From Cenarchaeum sp. (GTDB lineage Archaea > Thermoproteota > Nitrososphaeria > Nitrososphaerales > Nitrosopumilaceae), in contig OY843584.1 of assembly GCA_963692915.1 (NCBI GenBank), positions 1,184,001 to 1,248,000 on the forward strand: 64,000 nt of DNA. Reading direction: 5' to 3'. Positions 59,988 through 64,000 of the stretch are shown here, piece by piece (positions within the stretch are counted from its first letter, which is position 1; the number at the start of each line of letters is the position of its first letter). A program made the position numbers and the translations under genes. A model generated the notes under the pieces. That model was given only the letters and a program-made list of their open reading frames with translations, had not been told where the DNA came from and made no database searches.

Positions 59988-60319
59988 CCTGACTGCCCAC
60001 GGCTGCAGGCGCGGCGCGTTAAGTGTGTTGCGTGGGCGGGCAGTGCATGATGCCGGGAGGCCGGCGATCCCCGGCGGCAAGGACACGCGTGCGCCACGTT
60101 TGGCGCTGCGCGCGGCTAGGACGTCTCTCCTCTCCATCTCGAGCTTTTCCCGCAGCCTAACGCTATCGCGCCACAACTCGTCCTTTCCCTGCCGCGCTGT
60201 GCCCCCATGTGCGCGCCACCACTTGCCCATACCCCGGCAGGCATCGCTGCGGTAAATGGATAGGCGGGATCACGCCCATTTAACCAAGAGCAGCAAGAGT
60301 GCCGATTCCATTGTCAATT

Positions 60320-60447
60320 CGCTATTCAGCTTAAATAAACCCACGGGGAAGCGGCGTGCGATGCCCGACACGGTGGTAGTCAGAGGATCTTATGACGAAG
60401 GCAATCTTGTCTTGTACCCGGTCGTGCATGATTTGCCATTACTCATC
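60320..60447 (+). repeat. Degenerate copy of purA promoter and 5' coding region (direct repeat, copy 1)
   Basis: CGCTATTCAGCTTAAATAAACCC identical to 63799; MPDTVVVRGSY-DEG--NLVLYPVVHD aligns with Pur[28 protein letters not shown]. Confidence 0.9.
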
Positions 60448-60486
60448 TCAATATGCGAAATTAGGCTATTGGAGGTGGATATATGA
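60361..60486 (+). pseudogene. purA-derived 41-codon leader ORF
   Basis: Open from the duplicated purA ATG to a TGA overlapping the RM gene ATG. Confidence 0.6.
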
Positions 60487-63400
60487 TGAATGAACTTTTT
60501 TCGGCAAAAACAGTCAAGAAATTTTGTGAAAAAATTGAATTAACTGCAGAACAAAAGAAATCAGCAGATGAGTGGTGTAAACTACTTGAAAATAACGAAT
60601 TAGAGGATGAAGTGTCCAATTATCCAAAATTTATGCAGATAATTCTTGCAGATATACTTGGATATTCTATTAAAGGACTTAGTTTTGAAGAGTCTCATAT
60701 TGAATTTGCGCACAAGAAAGATGAAGAAAAGATAATGTGCATTGAAGTAAAAGGAACATCAGTCAAAGACGTATTTGCGTTACAGCACAGAAAAAAAGAA
60801 CACTCGACCCCCATAAAACAACTGTGGGACTATATGGGGAGTGATAATAATTTAAAATATGGAATATGTACTAATTACAGGCATTTTGTGTTAATCACTA
60901 AAAAATTAGGATATACAAAATATCATATGTTCAATTTCGAATCAGTTCGAAATGATGAAAATAAATTAAAAGAATTCATAGGCATTTTTTCAAAAAAACG
61001 TATTGATGGGGGGTTTATAGAACAGATACAGTTAGAAACAGATAATGAAGAGAAAGACCTCACAGAAGAATTTTATGAATTGTACGGTAAAACTAGACTA
61101 ATGTTAATAGAAGAATTCAAATCAAAAGGAATCAACACACCAGATGCAGTTAATGTTGCTCAAACATTTCTGAATAGAATGATTTTTGTATTTTTTGCTG
61201 AAGATTGTAGATTAATTGATGACAAAGACATGTTTTCAGATAACGTTGTAGATATACTTCATGCAAATCTTGGCGACACCACAAAAAGAATTTGGTCATA
61301 TATTGTCAAAGAGCTTTTTGTTTATTTTGATAAAGGATCAGATGATCCTCTAGTTTTTGGGTTCAATGGCGGCCTGTTTCAAGATCCAATTCCAGATAAA
61401 ATATTCATAAGAGATAAACAAAACAAAGATTTTTTCAAAAAAATTGAATCAAAAACCCAATACGCAACACGACAGTCATGGGAATTTAAGACAAAAATAG
61501 AAAAAGCTGTCAAGCGACACAGAAACCTAAATCCAATTATTAAAAATCTTTTAAAGCTATCTTCGTATGATTTTGAAAGCCAGGTACGAGTAAACATACT
61601 TGGACATATTTTTGAAAATTCCATATCAGAATTAGAAGGGTTATTACAATCACCGGATCTAAACATAAAACCGCGACGCAAACGTGAGGGGGTGTTCTAT
61701 ACTCCAGAATACATAACAAAGTACATATGTACAAATACAATAATTCCATATTTGTCAAAATCAAACACAAATGATATACACAATTTGATTATAGAATATG
61801 AAGGTGAGATAGAAAATTTAGAAAAAAAGCTACGCAGTATAAAAATACTGGATCCATCTTGTGGTTCTGGAGCATTTTTAATAGAAGCCGCCAATATATT
61901 GATCGAAGTGCATGACAAGATTCGACAATACAAGTTGGCCCATAATTTAATAGATGATAACGTATTAGAAAAATCAATTAATGATGTGAAAATAAGAACA
62001 GTCGTGCAAGATAACTTGTACGGAATTGATATTAATTTTCAATCAGTTGAAATTACAAAACTTTCGTTATTTTTAATGACGGCATCCCGTCAAGAAAAAC
62101 TTCAAAATTTATCGAAGAACATAATTGTTGGCAATAGTGTCATAAACAATAAAGTTTTCAATTGGAAGATCGCATTTCCTGAAATAGATAGCTTTGACAT
62201 AATTATTGGCAATCCCCCATATGTCAGACAAGAAGATTTAAAAGATCATAAAGCTGATATGCAGATACCAATGTCAAACACATTAAAATTAAGGAATAAA
62301 TTTAGCATACCTAGTACTAGCGACCTAAGCAGTTATTTTTATTATCATTCTTTAAATTATCTTAAAAGTGGAGGCAAGTTAGGATTCATAACTAGTGATA
62401 GCTGGTTACATTGGAATTATGGAAAATCATTACAAAAATGTCTGTTAGACAATAGTGAATTGAATATACTAATGCGCACGAATTTCAATGTTTTTGATGA
62501 TGCAGATGTTAAAACTATCACAACAGTGTTAACAAAATCCACCAAGCATGGGAATACTGTAGATATAATCAATGTTGACAGCAAAGACGAATTATTGCAA
62601 GTGCCAGATGCTTCATCAAAACACATGTTGCAGGAAGAATTCAATAGTGACAATTGGAATTTATATTTTACAGATCCATTACCTAGTCCCAAGGTTCCCA
62701 TGATTAAGATGGAAGAGGTAGGAGAGATCAGGATGGGGAGGAAAACTGGAAATAACGATTTTTTTATTATAGATAAACTAACGATCAAAAAATTTGCCAT
62801 TAATAAAAAATACTATAGGCCAATAATCCCAGACAATATTAAGAATGGTTCTTTGGATAATATTCGTGCAAATAAATATTTGTTATACGTCAACGATTCA
62901 AAAAGAGTATTAAAACAAACAAAAAATGGAAAATGTGTTTTAAAATACATTGAAGATAACAACATAGAGATCATGCCCAAAAAAGGTACAAATGAAAAGC
63001 TCTGCAGGGTGTCAGAATTACGATCAGTGAGAAGCCATAAACCTTACTGGTATTCATTAAAACTGAATAAACCTACACCCATATTGCTTGCTCGATTTGC
63101 AAATGAACGTATGAAAATATATGAAAACAGCGGAGAGTTTTACGCATCAGATAATTATGCAGAATTCACACCGGAAGATTCTGAACACGTTAGTGCGTAT
63201 TTAGCATTTCTCACATCATCTTGGTTTTCATTATTCTTAGAAAAACATGGCCACACAGCAGGCGGCAATGCACTGCAATTTAAAACTGGAGATTATGTAA
63301 ATGCGCCTGTTCCAGATTTCAAAAAAATTAAAGAAACGAATCAGAAAGGCAAAAATAAAACAAAAATAAAACAGCTAAAAGATGCGTGGAATTGTTTTAA

Positions 63401-63530
63401 AGAAGACTATGATCAAGCAGCTCTTGACAATGTTGTGTTAAACGTGCTGGGGTTTAACAAAAATGAGATAAATGCCATATTAGCAGATCTCGACAAGTCT
63501 GTGCGACGTAGAATTCAAGCAACTCCATGA
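60483..63530 (+). CDS. Type IIG (Eco57I-like) restriction-modification enzyme: nuclease, m6A methyltransferase and target recognition domain
   Basis: IEVKG..QLWDY..TNY, GVFYTP, ILDPSCGSGAFL, IIGNPPY; very AT-rich; GGAGGTG RBS. Confidence 0.88.
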   Translation: MMNELFSAKTVKKFCEKIELTAEQKKSADEWCKLLENNELEDEVSNYPKFMQIILADILGYSIKGLSFEESHIEFAHKKDEEKIMCIEVKGTSVKDVFALQHRKKEHSTPIKQLWDYMGSDNNLKYGICTNYRHFVLITKKLGYTKYHMFNFESVRNDENKLKEFIGIFSKKRIDGGFIEQIQLETDNEEKDLTEEFYELYGKTRLMLIEEFKSKGINTPDAVNVAQTFLNRMIFVFFAEDCRLIDDKDMFSDNVVDILHANLGDTTKRIWSYIVKELFVYFDKGSDDPLVFGFNGGLFQDPIPDKIFIRDKQNKDFFKKIESKTQYATRQSWEFKTKIEKAVKRHRNLNPIIKNLLKLSSYDFESQVRVNILGHIFENSISELEGLLQSPDLNIKPRRKREGVFYTPEYITKYICTNTIIPYLSKSNTNDIHNLIIEYEGEIENLEKKLRSIKILDPSCGSGAFLIEAANILIEVHDKIRQYKLAHNLIDDNVLEKSINDVKIRTVVQDNLYGIDINFQSVEITKLSLFLMTASRQEKLQNLSKNIIVGNSVINNKVFNWKIAFPEIDSFDIIIGNPPYVRQEDLKDHKADMQIPMSNTLKLRNKFSIPSTSDLSSYFYYHSLNYLKSGGKLGFITSDSWLHWNYGKSLQKCLLDNSELNILMRTNFNVFDDADVKTITTVLTKSTKHGNTVDIINVDSKDELLQVPDASSKHMLQEEFNSDNWNLYFTDPLPSPKVPMIKMEEVGEIRMGRKTGNNDFFIIDKLTIKKFAINKKYYRPIIPDNIKNGSLDNIRANKYLLYVNDSKRVLKQTKNGKCVLKYIEDNNIEIMPKKGTNEKLCRVSELRSVRSHKPYWYSLKLNKPTPILLARFANERMKIYENSGEFYASDNYAEFTPEDSEHVSAYLAFLTSSWFSLFLEKHGHTAGGNALQFKTGDYVNAPVPDFKKIKETNQKGKNKTKIKQLKDAWNCFKEDYDQAALDNVVLNVLGFNKNEINAILADLDKSVRRRIQATP

Positions 63531-63798
63531 TGGTCAGCAAATGCTTGCGATGGCATGCGCGCACCAATGTGCGAAAGGCGGCATTGTGCCTCAACGGAAT
63601 AAGCCACGGTACGAATGGGTTCCGAGAGCCATCACGCACGGGGGCGCAATATCCACGTTCCCACAAGAGGTCAGACCCAGCACCATTTCTGCTGAGGGGC
63701 GCTCTTGCGACACTCGCTTGTAATGACACGATTACTAAGAAGACGTAGGCGAGCCCTGCGTGGCTGCAGTGGAGCCTGGGAGGGAACCGCCCACGGCG

Positions 63799-63936
63799 CG
63801 CTATTCAGCTTAAATAAACCCGTGACCGCAGCGGCGCGCGATGCCCTCTACGGTGATAGTCGGTGGATTTTACGGTGATGAGGGCAAGGGCAAGCTCGTC
63901 TCGTACCTGGCCACACATGACTCGCCGTCGCTCATC
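63799..63936 (+). repeat. Native purA promoter and 5' region (direct repeat, copy 2)
   Basis: Aligns with 60320..60447; TATA box TTAAATAA. Confidence 0.9.
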
Positions 63937-64000
63937 GTGAGGGGCGGAGCCGGCCCCAACGCGGGCCACACGATAATCGACGAAGGCAAGACGTGCAAGG
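63841..64000 (+). CDS. purA: Adenylosuccinate synthetase (5' part; continues beyond window)
   Basis: [12 protein letters not shown] and GPNAGHT signatures. Confidence 0.95.
   Translation, partial: MPSTVIVGGFYGDEGKGKLVSYLATHDSPSLIVRGGAGPNAGHTIIDEGKTCK

Noticed and set aside
59988-60230. N-terminal extension of the response regulator
   Set aside because: A TTAA element precedes ATG 59987 and the extension has no recognisable domain; a decayed small gene cannot be excluded.
63531-63798. Possible integrase or transposase remnant after the RM gene
   Set aside because: No recognisable motifs or terminal inverted repeats.
1-64000. CRISPR arrays, rRNA genes, tRNA introns
   Set aside because: No regularly spaced repeats or rRNA sequence seen; all three tRNAs are intronless.

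Overview
High-GC (roughly 60-65% by eye) archaeal chromosomal segment from a thaumarchaeote (Nitrosopumilaceae, Cenarchaeum-like). The assignment rests on radA-rpl21e-rpoF-DUF655-rsmA synteny, gatDE, priSL, proteasome alpha, an archaeal histone, a Ubl-Cgi121 fusion and a CopC/CopD fusion. Most of the window is housekeeping: pyrBI, pyrE, hisBHAFI, gdhA, glyS, nfo and the 5' end of purA. It also holds three tRNAs and several real small genes missed by the ORF track. Accessory features: (i) a very AT-rich 3 kb Type IIG-like restriction-modification gene flanked by a degenerate ~130 bp duplication of the purA promoter and 5' end, the upstream copy forming an in-frame leader ORF whose stop overlaps the RM start; (ii) a lower-GC two-gene cassette (52-aa protein plus 3-TM protein) beside a 1294-aa Ig-like repeat surface protein; (iii) a candidate double-guide C/D box sRNA; (iv) unusual fusions (membrane domain-C2H2-NDH-2; Elf1-like zinc ribbon-Hrq1-like helicase). 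No CRISPR array, rRNA, integrase or transposase was recognised. All calls are from manual motif recognition; no searches were run.
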